Shown piece by piece: positions 20,615-30,472 of a stretch of 64,000 nt of DNA (within the stretch, counting starts at the first letter, position 1; each line of letters opens with the position of its first letter). The stretch is from a virus (Duplodnaviria > Caudoviricetes). Both the position numbers and the translations under genes were made by a program. The notes beneath the pieces were generated by a model. It had not been told where the DNA came from and did not search any database. It saw only the letters and a program-made list of their open reading frames with translations. Location of the stretch: IMG/VR virus record IMGVR_UViG_3300030376_007339, positions 1,813 to 65,812 of that record; one strand, 5' to 3'.

Positions 20615-22077
20615 ATCACATAATCAGTTGGTATAAATTGAATATCAAATCTATAAATTGGTTCGCCTGCAACTCGTGTAAAGGTTGCTTTTGTGACTAT
20701 ACCTTTTATTCCAGCATACGATTCAAGCCAAAAATGTAATTCATCACTAGCGGGTCTTGCGTTAATTACATCTTTACTGTTCGTGGTATGAAATCCACCT
20801 GTAGGCATGAAAAAGTTTACTGCACTGTATTTTTCTCCGCTATCTGCATTTAAAGACGAATTAAACGGGATTTGTATGCCCATAATATAATCGGCATACT
20901 TGCTATCAATCGGATTTAATACTTCTGTCACATTTGTTTCATTTACATAATAATTGTTTACAGTTTCGGCCAAACCCCCAAAAGGAGCGCTTAAGCCACC
21001 GTTGTTTGAATTGTTTAAGGTAGCCCACAATGACATTACTTTATCTCCAGCACTCATGCCTGCAAATGCACCAGTGGCGGGGCGACCACCCTTAAACACT
21101 GAAAAATAAGGTTTGAATGTAGTATCCCATATACCCCTATTGAAGTCAGGTCCTTTCCCATTTCCAGTAAGAGAATCTGTATCAGTTGTGGCTTGGGTGA
21201 TTACAACACCGGTTTGAGATTCACCACTTATTGTTGAATCAACTTGAGTAGCAGAAAAATTAGTTAAGTTATTCCCACCAAGGCTCGTAGCATTTAACAA
21301 ATCAGTTAGATTATTTGCCATTTGTTTAGCAGTTAAAATATTGGTTTTACTTGCTACTCTAAACGAACCGCTTGAGCCTCCCGCTACGGTAACTGTATCT
21401 CCAACGGCGTAGTTTTTACCCGGATGTATTACCTCTATCCCTGTTATGGCTCCACCTGAATTTGTATATGTTACGATGCAACCTGAACCGCTACCTGACG
21501 TTGATGTTGCAGTTTCAGCAGAAGAGGTATATCCACTTCCCCCTACTATAGTATCAACAGTTTCAACTCCATTTGCAGTTGCAACGGCAAAGAAATGCTT
21601 ACTTGAGCCACTATCATAACCGAATTTTGTGGAGGCTTTAGCGGCGTAAATGTTGTTTGTAGTTGAAAACGATGACCCACCTACTAATGCAAATCGAAAA
21701 GAAGACTGAGAAAAAGTATCAACTGTTTCACTTGCCCACAAACTTTCAAGATTAACTGCACTTGAAAAACTAATAGATTGTGAACTTGCTGGTTTTTGAG
21801 GGTTATTCACAAAATCAGTTCTTGAAAAATCAATAAGGGCTTGTGCTTGCGAACCTTGTCCTACCTTTGTTAAATCGTCATCAGTGAAAATCCCTCTAAG
21901 AAGAATTACTGCTTTAGTTAAATTCAAATCAATACTGTATCTTTCACTTCCAGTAAATATTATTGGAGTGGCGGAAACACCTCTATCAACATCCAAGGTA
22001 ATTTCTTCACACATGAGTTCAATCAGACCGCCATCGTTTCTAACTAAACGCACTGGAACTCCATTGGCATTACCCAT
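20611..22077 (-). CDS. Distal tail protein (Dit)-like with inserted domains
   Basis: 488 aa directly after the tape measure; beta-strand N- and C-terminal halves (ITLDVDR..SIDLN..ILLRGIF; KGIVTKATFTR..YRFDIQF) split by S/G/T-rich inserts. Confidence 0.55.
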   Translation of the reverse strand: MGNANGVPVRLVRNDGGLIELMCEEITLDVDRGVSATPIIFTGSERYSIDLNLTKAVILLRGIFTDDDLTKVGQGSQAQALIDFSRTDFVNNPQKPASSQSISFSSAVNLESLWASETVDTFSQSSFRFALVGGSSFSTTNNIYAAKASTKFGYDSGSSKHFFAVATANGVETVDTIVGGSGYTSSAETATSTSGSGSGCIVTYTNSGGAITGIEVIHPGKNYAVGDTVTVAGGSSGSFRVASKTNILTAKQMANNLTDLLNATSLGGNNLTNFSATQVDSTISGESQTGVVITQATTDTDSLTGNGKGPDFNRGIWDTTFKPYFSVFKGGRPATGAFAGMSAGDKVMSLWATLNNSNNGGLSAPFGGLAETVNNYYVNETNVTEVLNPIDSKYADYIMGIQIPFNSSLNADSGEKYSAVNFFMPTGGFHTTNSKDVINARPASDELHFWLESYAGIKGIVTKATFTRVAGEPIYRFDIQFIPTDYVI

Positions 22078-23240
22078 CAGTATCGCCCCTTCATGGTTGT
22101 GCCGCCCATATTACGAGCGAGTTCTTGTTGTATCATGTTACCGATTTCTCTTGCTAATGCTCTCTTATCAGTCCTATCGGTAATACCGCCAGCATTTACG
22201 GTTACATTAACCGTTCCACCCATACCAGCCCCACCGGGATTGTTTCTTTGTGTTAAAGGCACTACCGCCTCAGGTCCATCTTCACCAATTACGGCAAGTG
22301 TGGCTTTGTTTACTATACCACCTTTAGCCAATAACGGTATATTTCCTATCCCTGTAACCGATGAAAGCGAACCCAAAAATGGTAAATCATAATTCATTAC
22401 TGAGTTAATGGGATTAATTAAACTGCTATTAACCATTACTTTGAAAATATCAAGTGCGCCGCTAAAACCATTGGATATAGTTTGTGTAATATCCCCATCA
22501 ATTGAAAATAAATCTCCCAACCCCTCAGGAATTACATCATCCCATGACCAATCAGGTAAGAAATCTGACCATTGAAAATCCCAGTCTTCCCACGGCATAC
22601 TCCAATCAAAGACACCGCCTTCACCGAACCAGTAATCAGAAGTCAATGCTCCGCTAGGCTCCCAACTAAAAATTCCATCCAAATCAATATCCCAATCAAA
22701 GACACCATCTTCACCAAACCAATAATCCGTAGTCAAATAATCAGGAAGAGTAAAGTCACCCCAATCACTCCAAGGCATTTCCCATCCAGTAAATACCGAA
22801 CTACCAAAATAATAATCCCAAGTTAACCACTCAGGGACCGAAAAATCACCCCAAGATTCCCATGGCATTTCCCAACCAGTAAATACACCATCTTCGCCAA
22901 ACCAGTAAGCACTGGTTAAAACTGCGGGCGTTGTAAATGTAAAAATACCATCCCAATCAATGTCCCAATTGAATACACCACCCTCACCAAAATAATAGTC
23001 ATAAGTAAAAATAGCAGGTAAAGAAATATCAAATGCATTACTAACACTTGTTTTAAATTCTTCCCACTTTGTGCCTGCATTATCTAAAAATTCTCCTATG
23101 GGGCCACTCACGTATGTGTTCCAAGCATTTTGTATGCCTGTCCAAATCGCACTTACAGTTTGTCCTAATGCTGAAAATCCACCAGAAATTCCAGTAACGG
23201 CAGCAGACATGCTACCAAGAATTCCTAACATTGCAACCAT
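22077..23240 (-). CDS. Short tape measure protein with Trp/Asp-rich repeats
   Basis: Follows the chaperone pair; C-terminal LAKGGIV..TLAVIGEDGPEAVVPL motif typical of tape measure C-termini; central DY[WY]FGExGVFxW repeats. Confidence 0.65.
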   Translation of the reverse strand: MVAMLGILGSMSAAVTGISGGFSALGQTVSAIWTGIQNAWNTYVSGPIGEFLDNAGTKWEEFKTSVSNAFDISLPAIFTYDYYFGEGGVFNWDIDWDGIFTFTTPAVLTSAYWFGEDGVFTGWEMPWESWGDFSVPEWLTWDYYFGSSVFTGWEMPWSDWGDFTLPDYLTTDYWFGEDGVFDWDIDLDGIFSWEPSGALTSDYWFGEGGVFDWSMPWEDWDFQWSDFLPDWSWDDVIPEGLGDLFSIDGDITQTISNGFSGALDIFKVMVNSSLINPINSVMNYDLPFLGSLSSVTGIGNIPLLAKGGIVNKATLAVIGEDGPEAVVPLTQRNNPGGAGMGGTVNVTVNAGGITDRTDKRALAREIGNMIQQELARNMGGTTMKGRY

Positions 23241-23244
23241 GTAA

Positions 23245-23520
23245 TCACTCCATATCTAAGAAATTATAATCTAACGGTACTACTTCTCTTCCATTTGCTT
23301 TTGCTTTTGCTTTTTGAATTTCTGCGCTTTTTTCCTTTTCATTAGTCATCGCCATAGCCCAAATAAGTGACTGTTGGAATATTTCTTTAGGCATATTGTA
23401 CACTTCAAGTAAAGATATGTTATAGTGTTTCGCTATGACGTATGCCCAATACTGAATTTGAAGGTTGAAATCCTCACTACTTTCATAGTGAGATTTATTT
23501 AAAAATTTCTCAACCTTCAA
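23245..23520 (-). CDS. Tail assembly chaperone, downstream (gpT-like) part
   Basis: 91 aa between chaperone and tape measure, in the -1 frame of the upstream ORF; only a TTG start; AKHYNISLLEVYNMP resembles gpT-type segments. Confidence 0.55.
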   Translation of the reverse strand: MKVEKFLNKSHYESSEDFNLQIQYWAYVIAKHYNISLLEVYNMPKEIFQQSLIWAMAMTNEKEKSAEIQKAKAKANGREVVPLDYNFLDME

Positions 23521-23885
23521 CTGCCCTGTTTGGTAAACCCCCCTTGCAACACCTCGGCTAAGTCGTTAGGTTGCGGGAGTATCTTTGAAATTTGTTCACC
23601 CACATACCCTTTGAGAGATAGTAGTTCTTCTTTGCTAAGTGAAGGGTTAGTTTTTACAATCCAATTTGAAAAAGCAAATCCCCAATATCCGCTTAGGCTC
23701 ATGGAGACATCTCCATCTTTTACCACAAACATTCTTTGGGCGGCGTTTTGTATGTCGAGGAAGGATATTTCTTTTATCCATACCTCAATAATAGCATCTT
23801 CGTCATCGGGGTCTGCCCTGACTTTATGCTTAATTAGTTCATCATTCTTCAACAATAGGTTCTTGTTCACTATTTTCTTTGCCAT
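23517..23885 (-). CDS. Tail assembly chaperone (gpG-like)
   Basis: 122 aa, acidic, in the canonical position between tail tube and tape measure. Confidence 0.6.
   Translation of the reverse strand: MAKKIVNKNLLLKNDELIKHKVRADPDDEDAIIEVWIKEISFLDIQNAAQRMFVVKDGDVSMSLSGYWGFAFSNWIVKTNPSLSKEELLSLKGYVGEQISKILPQPNDLAEVLQGGFTKQGS
23535..23543 (-). other. Candidate programmed -1 frameshift site (GGG GGG TTT)
   Basis: Six-G run 16 nt before the stop of the gpG-like ORF; the -1 frame is open from here into 23245..23520. Confidence 0.45.
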
Positions 23886-24330
23886 TTAATTCACTTCCAT
23901 TGGATGCAGCCGCCTCTGTGGCGGGGGCTTCCGACTCCTCCTCAGGGGCTACTGTTTCAGTAGGGCCTTCGGTATCATTTTCTTCGGTAGTTATACCCTC
24001 ATCGTCTTGCTTTAGCCTTAGAACAATTTCAGCCTTTGTGCCATATACAGGCAATCCACGCTCTTTACAAACTTCTCTAAGTTCTGCTACGGTAAGGGAA
24101 TCATATTTTTGAATTTCTTCAGGAAATGGGTTTTCTACTTCAACTTCAACTAACTTGTTAATTTCTTCTTTTACTGGTTTAGATAGTAAATTTTCAACAT
24201 GTTGATTTATAGCATGATTTGATTCAAGTTGTAACATATCCTCAGTAAATTCTACATTGTTGACACTACACACCCACTTTGCATATCCTTCTAAACCAAG
24301 GCGGCGGTATTGTTGTAAGGAAATTTTCAT
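23842..24330 (-). CDS. SAP-domain protein with acidic tail
   Basis: YDSLTVAELREVCKERGLPVYGTKAEIVLRL is a textbook SAP motif; start ATG 24330 after GAGGTG. Confidence 0.8.
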   Translation of the reverse strand: MKISLQQYRRLGLEGYAKWVCSVNNVEFTEDMLQLESNHAINQHVENLLSKPVKEEINKLVEVEVENPFPEEIQKYDSLTVAELREVCKERGLPVYGTKAEIVLRLKQDDEGITTEENDTEGPTETVAPEEESEAPATEAAASNGSELNGKENSEQEPIVEE

Positions 24331-24340
24331 GCTTAACACC

Positions 24341-26266
24341 TCAATATTTTGGAATGGTATCACGTGCAATCACTTTAATTGCCTTTGGCATGATTTTCAA
24401 AGTTGATTTTACTGCGCCTTTATCCTCAGGGATTTGAAGAGGTGCTTCTATAATGTAATAATCATCGATAAGAAGGACCATTTTCTCACTGTTAGCAGCA
24501 GTTGTGCTTCCTGTTCTATTTTTCTCAAATTCGATACGGATTTGGTTGGTTGTTGAGTTTTCTGAGTTGACACTAAATTCTGTTCCTGAGCGCATTTTAT
24601 GGAAGAATACAGGGTCATCAACAACAATTTCCATTGACATATCGTAAGTCGTTTGTCCTTCAACCATGAGACTGGCGTTTCTTGCACCACTAAACGGAAC
24701 TTGTGCGGTTGCGGCATCATCAGCAGAAATGTTTTGTCCGTTGATGGTGTGAAACGCTTGTACACCAGTTTGCCCGCTTAAAGTGAATGAAAGAACTTGA
24801 GCAACTTGTTGCCCTGCTAGTTTGATACTACCGTTGTAAAACATGAAAGGTTTTTGAGTGCCTTTTGCAATACCTGAATTTATCCTTGTTTGTTCAGTAT
24901 TAGCAGTATCGTCAAACATGCGATGAGCAGCGTACCTTGTAAACGGAGTTGCTTCCAATCTTCCAGTATCAGTATAACACAACGCTGAATTAAAATTGAC
25001 AGAAAGCCTTAACGCAGCATCATTATCTGTAGTCATGGAAAAATCAGTGACTTTACACCCACGAAAAACTCTTGACAATTCTTTGCTATCACTGGCTAAA
25101 CCATCAGTTGTACCTTCAGTTGAATCAATATTCCTCCGTCTTTGTGAAACTTCTAAAGAAAATGAAGGAACAGTTGTTCTTGAGAATAAAAGATGCTCTA
25201 CAGGATTTGTAATAGTTCCTGTTGCATCCACTATCACAGGAAGTGAGTTCGCCTCATCAGGGTCACGAACTTCAACGTTAGTACCGGAAGCGTGTGGATA
25301 TACAAGTGGTTCATCCAAGTATATTCTGGTGTCAACTGATGAAATACCAATGACTCTTCGTGATTCATGTACTTTGGCTACATCAAATTCATCATCAGTG
25401 ACGGTCCCATCCCATGTGCTACCATCAGGTTCGTGGTCACTCACAACAGGTACAGTAATATTATCTAATGAGTTACCTCCTCTAATTTCTATATAATCAC
25501 CTACGGCAATACCACTTTTTGATGCAAGTAAAACATGAGAGTCACCAGCATTGGAATCGGCACTTAGTGTAGTTGCTACGCTACCACTGTCAGGGGAATT
25601 GATAATTTCTTGACCAAGGCAATATTTTAACCAGCGAGCGGAATGCATTGCAACTTCAAAAGAACCCCCTTCATTGGTGATTTTTCCGGGTACTTGAACC
25701 GAAGTATCACGACCAAGCCCAACCACGTGGTATCTTTTTAAATCAATTTTAGTTTCAGGTAATGTAATTGCTGATGCAATACCTAAAAATTGGTCAATTT
25801 TACATGATGCAGTACCCGGCGCACCGCTTGTAGGATGTGTCATTGCTACATCCATAGGTGGTGTTTTGTATGGTAAAATATGGATTGTATCGTTACTATT
25901 AAAATTAACACTCCCTCCAATACTGGTAATCATAGCGGGAGATATTTTCATGGTGGCTCCATCATTTTCAACAATGGTAAAAACACGACCACCGTTTCCG
26001 GTATCGGGTAAATCTCTAACATTTATAGCACTACTACCTGCCGCTTCAAATACCAATTGCGAACCTACAAGCATATTTTTTGGGTATCTCAATTTAGCAC
26101 TACCGTCAAAAAGAGTAGAGTTATTTTGGCTTGTAAAGGTAATAGTAGTAATGTTTCCGCTATTTGCAACAGCGATTGACACATCAGTGTTATCACGAAT
26201 TACCATTCCTGTTTCTGGTGCAAAAGAAACTTCTGCTAAATCTCCCTTATAGACTGTGCTTGGCAT
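24341..26266 (-). CDS. Major tail tube protein with inserted domains
   Basis: 641 aa; tube-like segments (GGSFEV, PSFSLEV, FRGCKVTDFSM..LRLSVNF, VAQVLSFTLSG, YDMSMEI). No sheath gene seen. Confidence 0.7.
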   Translation of the reverse strand: MPSTVYKGDLAEVSFAPETGMVIRDNTDVSIAVANSGNITTITFTSQNNSTLFDGSAKLRYPKNMLVGSQLVFEAAGSSAINVRDLPDTGNGGRVFTIVENDGATMKISPAMITSIGGSVNFNSNDTIHILPYKTPPMDVAMTHPTSGAPGTASCKIDQFLGIASAITLPETKIDLKRYHVVGLGRDTSVQVPGKITNEGGSFEVAMHSARWLKYCLGQEIINSPDSGSVATTLSADSNAGDSHVLLASKSGIAVGDYIEIRGGNSLDNITVPVVSDHEPDGSTWDGTVTDDEFDVAKVHESRRVIGISSVDTRIYLDEPLVYPHASGTNVEVRDPDEANSLPVIVDATGTITNPVEHLLFSRTTVPSFSLEVSQRRRNIDSTEGTTDGLASDSKELSRVFRGCKVTDFSMTTDNDAALRLSVNFNSALCYTDTGRLEATPFTRYAAHRMFDDTANTEQTRINSGIAKGTQKPFMFYNGSIKLAGQQVAQVLSFTLSGQTGVQAFHTINGQNISADDAATAQVPFSGARNASLMVEGQTTYDMSMEIVVDDPVFFHKMRSGTEFSVNSENSTTNQIRIEFEKNRTGSTTAANSEKMVLLIDDYYIIEAPLQIPEDKGAVKSTLKIMPKAIKVIARDTIPKY

Positions 26267-26277
26267 TTTTAATCATC

Positions 26278-26727
26278 TCACGGTATTTGTTCTGCTAATA
26301 TTACAACCTCAATCTGAAACGTCATTCTAAACAATTTTTTACTCCTATCACTCAAATCTGTTCTTGTCTTAAACACTAGCCTGTCAAAATTTGTCCCATC
26401 ACCTTTTCTTTTTGTATGTATTAACCGACGAACTTCGTTCTCAAGCGATTGGAGATGACTCCTACTCTTAATTGTTCGCATGTCAACGGTTATATTTATA
26501 CGTGTTGTGACGAAATCGTAAAACAATTCCGGTGCTTCTTCATTGTGTGCCGTTTCATAACAAAGTATGTAATCTGATTTTTGTAGGTCAAGCCTCTTAC
26601 CACGCTCAGGTGATACGTCAGCAACGTCCAAAACAATAGGTCTGTAGTTTCTCGTATTACCCCTGTTCCAGTCATCCTTGAACAAACTTATGATGACATC
26701 AAGCCCTTCAGTCCAAGTTGCTACCAT
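26278..26727 (-). CDS. Tail terminator/completion protein
   Basis: 149 aa just before the tail tube; alpha/beta pattern ending FRMTFQIEVV. Confidence 0.55.
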   Translation of the reverse strand: MVATWTEGLDVIISLFKDDWNRGNTRNYRPIVLDVADVSPERGKRLDLQKSDYILCYETAHNEEAPELFYDFVTTRINITVDMRTIKSRSHLQSLENEVRRLIHTKRKGDGTNFDRLVFKTRTDLSDRSKKLFRMTFQIEVVILAEQIP

Positions 26728-27128
26728 TAGAAAGCCCTCCGTTTAAACTTGTTTGGACTGTCTTTGAATTCTTGCCTTCTCTTTTCTAAGTCAGTGGGCA
26801 CGATAAATCCTCCATCATGCCTCATTTTAAACTTTAAAAAATTAGGATTTTGACGCAACATTGCCTTATCTGTCGCTTCGTTTAGTTTTTCTAACTCACT
26901 TTCTGTAGCATTACTTTTAGTGTTATTGTTAAAATATGACCCGTCATCTTGAATCTTGAGGCCCATGGCTAATGCTTCTATGTCCATCATTCTCTCACGA
27001 AATTCAGGCGGCTCAGTTTTAAAAAAATTCATTAATTTTTGTTGTTCAAATTTATCTTCTTTAAACAATGTGACTATACGTTGAAAGAAATCGTCACTGT
27101 CCCTTTTGAAGATTAACTCATCGCTCAT
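26727..27128 (-). CDS. Hypothetical protein in neck module
   Basis: 133-aa ORF translationally coupled to its neighbours. Confidence 0.6.
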   Translation of the reverse strand: MSDELIFKRDSDDFFQRIVTLFKEDKFEQQKLMNFFKTEPPEFRERMMDIEALAMGLKIQDDGSYFNNNTKSNATESELEKLNEATDKAMLRQNPNFLKFKMRHDGGFIVPTDLEKRRQEFKDSPNKFKRRAF

Positions 27129-28699
27129 TCAAACAACACCATCTCAATATACTTAGGTAAAGTTCGGTCAACATCAGTTTGGTACAACTGTACCTTACTT
27201 GCAAGGTCAATATTTTGTGTACCTTCAGGAATTAAAATACTACGGTCATCAGCCATTAACAATTCAATGGCAACCATTTTTGTGCATATATCCTCTATTG
27301 CCTTCTCCACGTATCTTTCACCGTAAACGTAAGCAACCTTAATCGCATTCCACTCAAAGAAAGGATAAGAATTGTTAAAGTAAATAATACCCATTTCGTG
27401 GTCAAGCCACCAATCTCTCAAACGTGCATTATCTCCACTACTTGAACCACCCTGCAAATCAACTAAAAATGAACGTTGAGTGATTATACCAGTGATAGCC
27501 CCTAAACTACCTGTAACTGCTACACATCCTGTAAATGAAGTAGCAGTTTTACCAGTGTATCGAAATACATCCCCACTGGCATCTATAGCAACACCAGCAT
27601 TTACAAAACCTGTAGTAGATGCAACATTAATTGTAGTTGAGTCAAGACTTGTAAATGTGGTTGTATTTACTTGAGTTTGTTCTATGGTTATATCAGAAGA
27701 TGTACATACAATACTACATGTTTCTCCCGCTTTTACTGCTCGCATAGATGTAAGTTTTACAACTCCTGTTCCATAGTCAGAATTAGCACTAGCGAGAAAT
27801 TCATTATGAAGGGCCACGTTAGATGTTGAACCCTCTAAGGTAAATGTTGGTGAGAATTCTACTGATGCTTTACTCACCCTATCTTCCTTATTTACAAGGT
27901 CAGCAAAATTTTGTGCCACTGTAGTCGCATCGAAATCATCACGCCACTGTCCTGTCCCTGTGCCTTGAGCGAGTGTAGCAACACTTCCATTACCCGGTGA
28001 AACATATATGGCAGCAGAACTTAATGAAGATACATCATCAAATTTGATACGTGCTTCTGCACCGCATATTTCACGATAATCATCACCCTGCCAAAGTTCA
28101 ATTCTTAATATCTGTTGTACATTCCTAAATAGTAAAGGTGCAGTTCCAACGTAATCGGTATAATATCGTCGTCGGTATGGCTTGTATGTATCGAAATTGA
28201 TATATTCAGCACTAACAAGATAAGGTCGCCAAGCATTGTGTGTAATATTATCAATTTTATCTTGCATTTTTAATATCACGTTGTCAACTTTTGCTTTGGT
28301 TAAACCACGTATTTTTCCGTTAGTAAAAGAGGCTAGATTTTGAATATAAGTGTTCAGCGCCGTTGTAAAATTTGATATTCCTATGTTAGTATTTACTTTT
28401 AATCCTACATTCGCACCTGCATTTACAATTTCAGTGATAGCCTCTTCCTTACCTATAGCATTATTATCACTGTAAAAACGTATAGTATCTCCAACTGAAA
28501 AACCGTGTAGTCTGTAATCCGTACCTGTAACATATAAGATGCTTGTACTACCATCTAAGGTCGAGTCAGCGCTTGCTAAGACTTCTTCACCGGGACCAAT
28601 ATCGAGTAAGTCGGCAACTTTTTGTGCCGTGGTGTAAACAGTTTCAGTGGTGTACAAAGGTCTTGTTTCAGGTTCACCGGGACTGAATACTATTGGCAT
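27125..28699 (-). CDS. Head-tail adaptor (gp6/gp15-like) with inserted beta domains
   Basis: YTTAQKVADLL...MQDKIDNITH and C-terminal IKVAYVYG..KAIEDICTKMVAIELL are adaptor-like; position after head genes. Confidence 0.65.
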   Translation of the reverse strand: MPIVFSPGEPETRPLYTTETVYTTAQKVADLLDIGPGEEVLASADSTLDGSTSILYVTGTDYRLHGFSVGDTIRFYSDNNAIGKEEAITEIVNAGANVGLKVNTNIGISNFTTALNTYIQNLASFTNGKIRGLTKAKVDNVILKMQDKIDNITHNAWRPYLVSAEYINFDTYKPYRRRYYTDYVGTAPLLFRNVQQILRIELWQGDDYREICGAEARIKFDDVSSLSSAAIYVSPGNGSVATLAQGTGTGQWRDDFDATTVAQNFADLVNKEDRVSKASVEFSPTFTLEGSTSNVALHNEFLASANSDYGTGVVKLTSMRAVKAGETCSIVCTSSDITIEQTQVNTTTFTSLDSTTINVASTTGFVNAGVAIDASGDVFRYTGKTATSFTGCVAVTGSLGAITGIITQRSFLVDLQGGSSSGDNARLRDWWLDHEMGIIYFNNSYPFFEWNAIKVAYVYGERYVEKAIEDICTKMVAIELLMADDRSILIPEGTQNIDLASKVQLYQTDVDRTLPKYIEMVLFE

Positions 28700-28712
28700 A
28701 CATTAATCCCCC

Positions 28713-29090
28713 TCACGACTTTAATATGCTCCATGCGTCACGAAATGCGGTGTTGTGAGAAGTCATAATATTACGCATGTGTTCTGCTTCCATATCTTCT
28801 TGCGTAGGCATCTCTTCTTGCATAGGCATTTCACCTTCTATTTGTTGACCCTCAAAAGGTACTCTTTCGCCAAAAAATTTAATGTCGAAATTTTCAGGAT
28901 GCATAACTGCATCTCTCATGAGTTTATCACGTGCTTGTGTAAATTGCATTCCAGTTGGGTCGCCGCCAGCATCTTTCAAAGCGGAAGCGGCTTTCTTATT
29001 CGCCCACTGTTGAAGTCTTATTTCTTCACCGTCAGGTGTGAGAACCTTTTGTCGATGGGGCCTCATTTCTTTAATTATAATTTTTCTCAT
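28713..29090 (-). CDS. Putative head-cargo protein carrying both tags (N-terminal MRKIIIKE, C-terminal FRDAWSILKS)
   Basis: 125 aa from the likely ATG at 29090; motifs read directly. Confidence 0.7.
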   Translation of the reverse strand: MRKIIIKEMRPHRQKVLTPDGEEIRLQQWANKKAASALKDAGGDPTGMQFTQARDKLMRDAVMHPENFDIKFFGERVPFEGQQIEGEMPMQEEMPTQEDMEAEHMRNIMTSHNTAFRDAWSILKS

Positions 29091-29094
29091 AGTA

Positions 29095-29388
29095 TCACAT
29101 TCTGTTCTTTTCATCTCTATGTCCTAAATTATATTCCATGGGTTTTTCACAATTACCGCATGTGGCTCTCCATAAAAAATGTAAGAAGCCACAGTGCTGA
29201 CATCTTGTACCTGAGCCGATATTAAGTATGTCACCTATTTCTGTACTTCTATTTCTTTGTTGTGTTGTCACACCCTTCAACGGATGTTCTTTATCATCAA
29301 CAACAGCAGATTGAGTGTCAAATTTTATGCCACTTTTTTCTGCACGATGAATGTCATCAAAATCAATATTTCTTATGTCAAAACCCAT
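29095..29388 (-). CDS. Zn-ribbon protein
   Basis: CQHC...CGNC motif. Confidence 0.7.
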   Translation of the reverse strand: MGFDIRNIDFDDIHRAEKSGIKFDTQSAVVDDKEHPLKGVTTQQRNRSTEIGDILNIGSGTRCQHCGFLHFLWRATCGNCEKPMEYNLGHRDEKNRM

Positions 29389-29397
29389 GAATCACCC

Positions 29398-29892
29398 TCA
29401 ACCAGCATAATTTACTACGACGGCGATTTCACCCCTTATGTCTGTTATATCCATACTTGAAACACTTGCTGATGCGCCTGCGAAAACGTCAGCGGCTCTT
29501 CCATTTAACATTGGTGCAAAAGTATCTGAATACAACTGTGTGTTTGCAGGTATAGTGCATGATGCTTTTTCACTAAGAGTAAAAGTCTCCGGGTCTGAGC
29601 CGACATTAGTTGCGGTAACGAATCCTATATACAAGAAACCTTGTCCTGTAACGCTCACATCGCTTTTTCTTACAAACAATCTTGTTGCGCTGTTTTCTTT
29701 CGCATTTGGATTGAACACCGCATTTGCGTTAGCAGTAGTAAAATCAGTATTTGCATTTGCAGCATCATTAGTAACGATGTTAGAAGTACCTGTACTATTA
29801 ATCGTTACCTCAGTTTTTACACTGATACCTGTTTCATAAGGACCGCTAGGCGGAAACAGATAAGTCTGCGTATTGATTGCCGGTAAAGCCAA
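29398..29892 (-). CDS. Putative virion structural protein (beta-rich)
   Basis: 164 aa, T/A/N/S-rich, in the head-neck cluster. Confidence 0.55.
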   Translation of the reverse strand: MALPAINTQTYLFPPSGPYETGISVKTEVTINSTGTSNIVTNDAANANTDFTTANANAVFNPNAKENSATRLFVRKSDVSVTGQGFLYIGFVTATNVGSDPETFTLSEKASCTIPANTQLYSDTFAPMLNGRAADVFAGASASVSSMDITDIRGEIAVVVNYAG

Positions 29893-29907
29893 AGAGGTTC
29901 ACCCCCC

Positions 29908-30453
29908 TCAGCGTTGACCTAGAATCCACCAGCGACCATCTTGGGTATGTGCCGTACTTGCTGCACCAAGATTTCCATTTCCGAAAACTACTAATTTGTT
30001 AGTCTCATCAATAGAAACTGCTAGACTTCCATCGTTTAGTGTTACTGCACTTTGGTCAGGTCCAAGTTTGAAAATAGCGGCTTCATCAGCCACAGTTGCC
30101 GATACACTGTCAACTGTCATTCCAGTGGCGTTTGCTGCCATGGCGGTGACAACCCCTACTCTAAAAGCGGTAGCGGGGTCACCATCATTACTAGCATAAA
30201 CTGATTCTCCAATATTAAAGTGTAGTCTCATATCCACAGTTTTAACTGTAAAAGTTGTAGCACCTGCTGTTTTTTGTCCATCTGCTTGTATTCCGGTACT
30301 GTATAGACTTGTTACGTGTCCACCTGCTGCAAAAACGTTGGTTAACGTTTGAGCGTATGAAACATCAGTTCCGCCATCTGTGAAAGTTCCGGTCATCATG
30401 AGCATGTCGCCCAATACGTGTGTTCTTGTGTCGTTAGTATGTCCTGCTGCCAT
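29908..30453 (-). CDS. Putative virion structural/decoration protein
   Basis: 181 aa, T/A/G-rich beta pattern downstream of MCP. Confidence 0.55.
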   Translation of the reverse strand: MAAGHTNDTRTHVLGDMLMMTGTFTDGGTDVSYAQTLTNVFAAGGHVTSLYSTGIQADGQKTAGATTFTVKTVDMRLHFNIGESVYASNDGDPATAFRVGVVTAMAANATGMTVDSVSATVADEAAIFKLGPDQSAVTLNDGSLAVSIDETNKLVVFGNGNLGAASTAHTQDGRWWILGQR

Positions 30454-30472
30454 ATTTTTTCATCTCCAATAA

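Noticed and set aside
24341-26266. Tail sheath (myovirus)
   Set aside because: Motifs fit a tube protein with inserts; no second tube gene or baseplate wedge set was seen.
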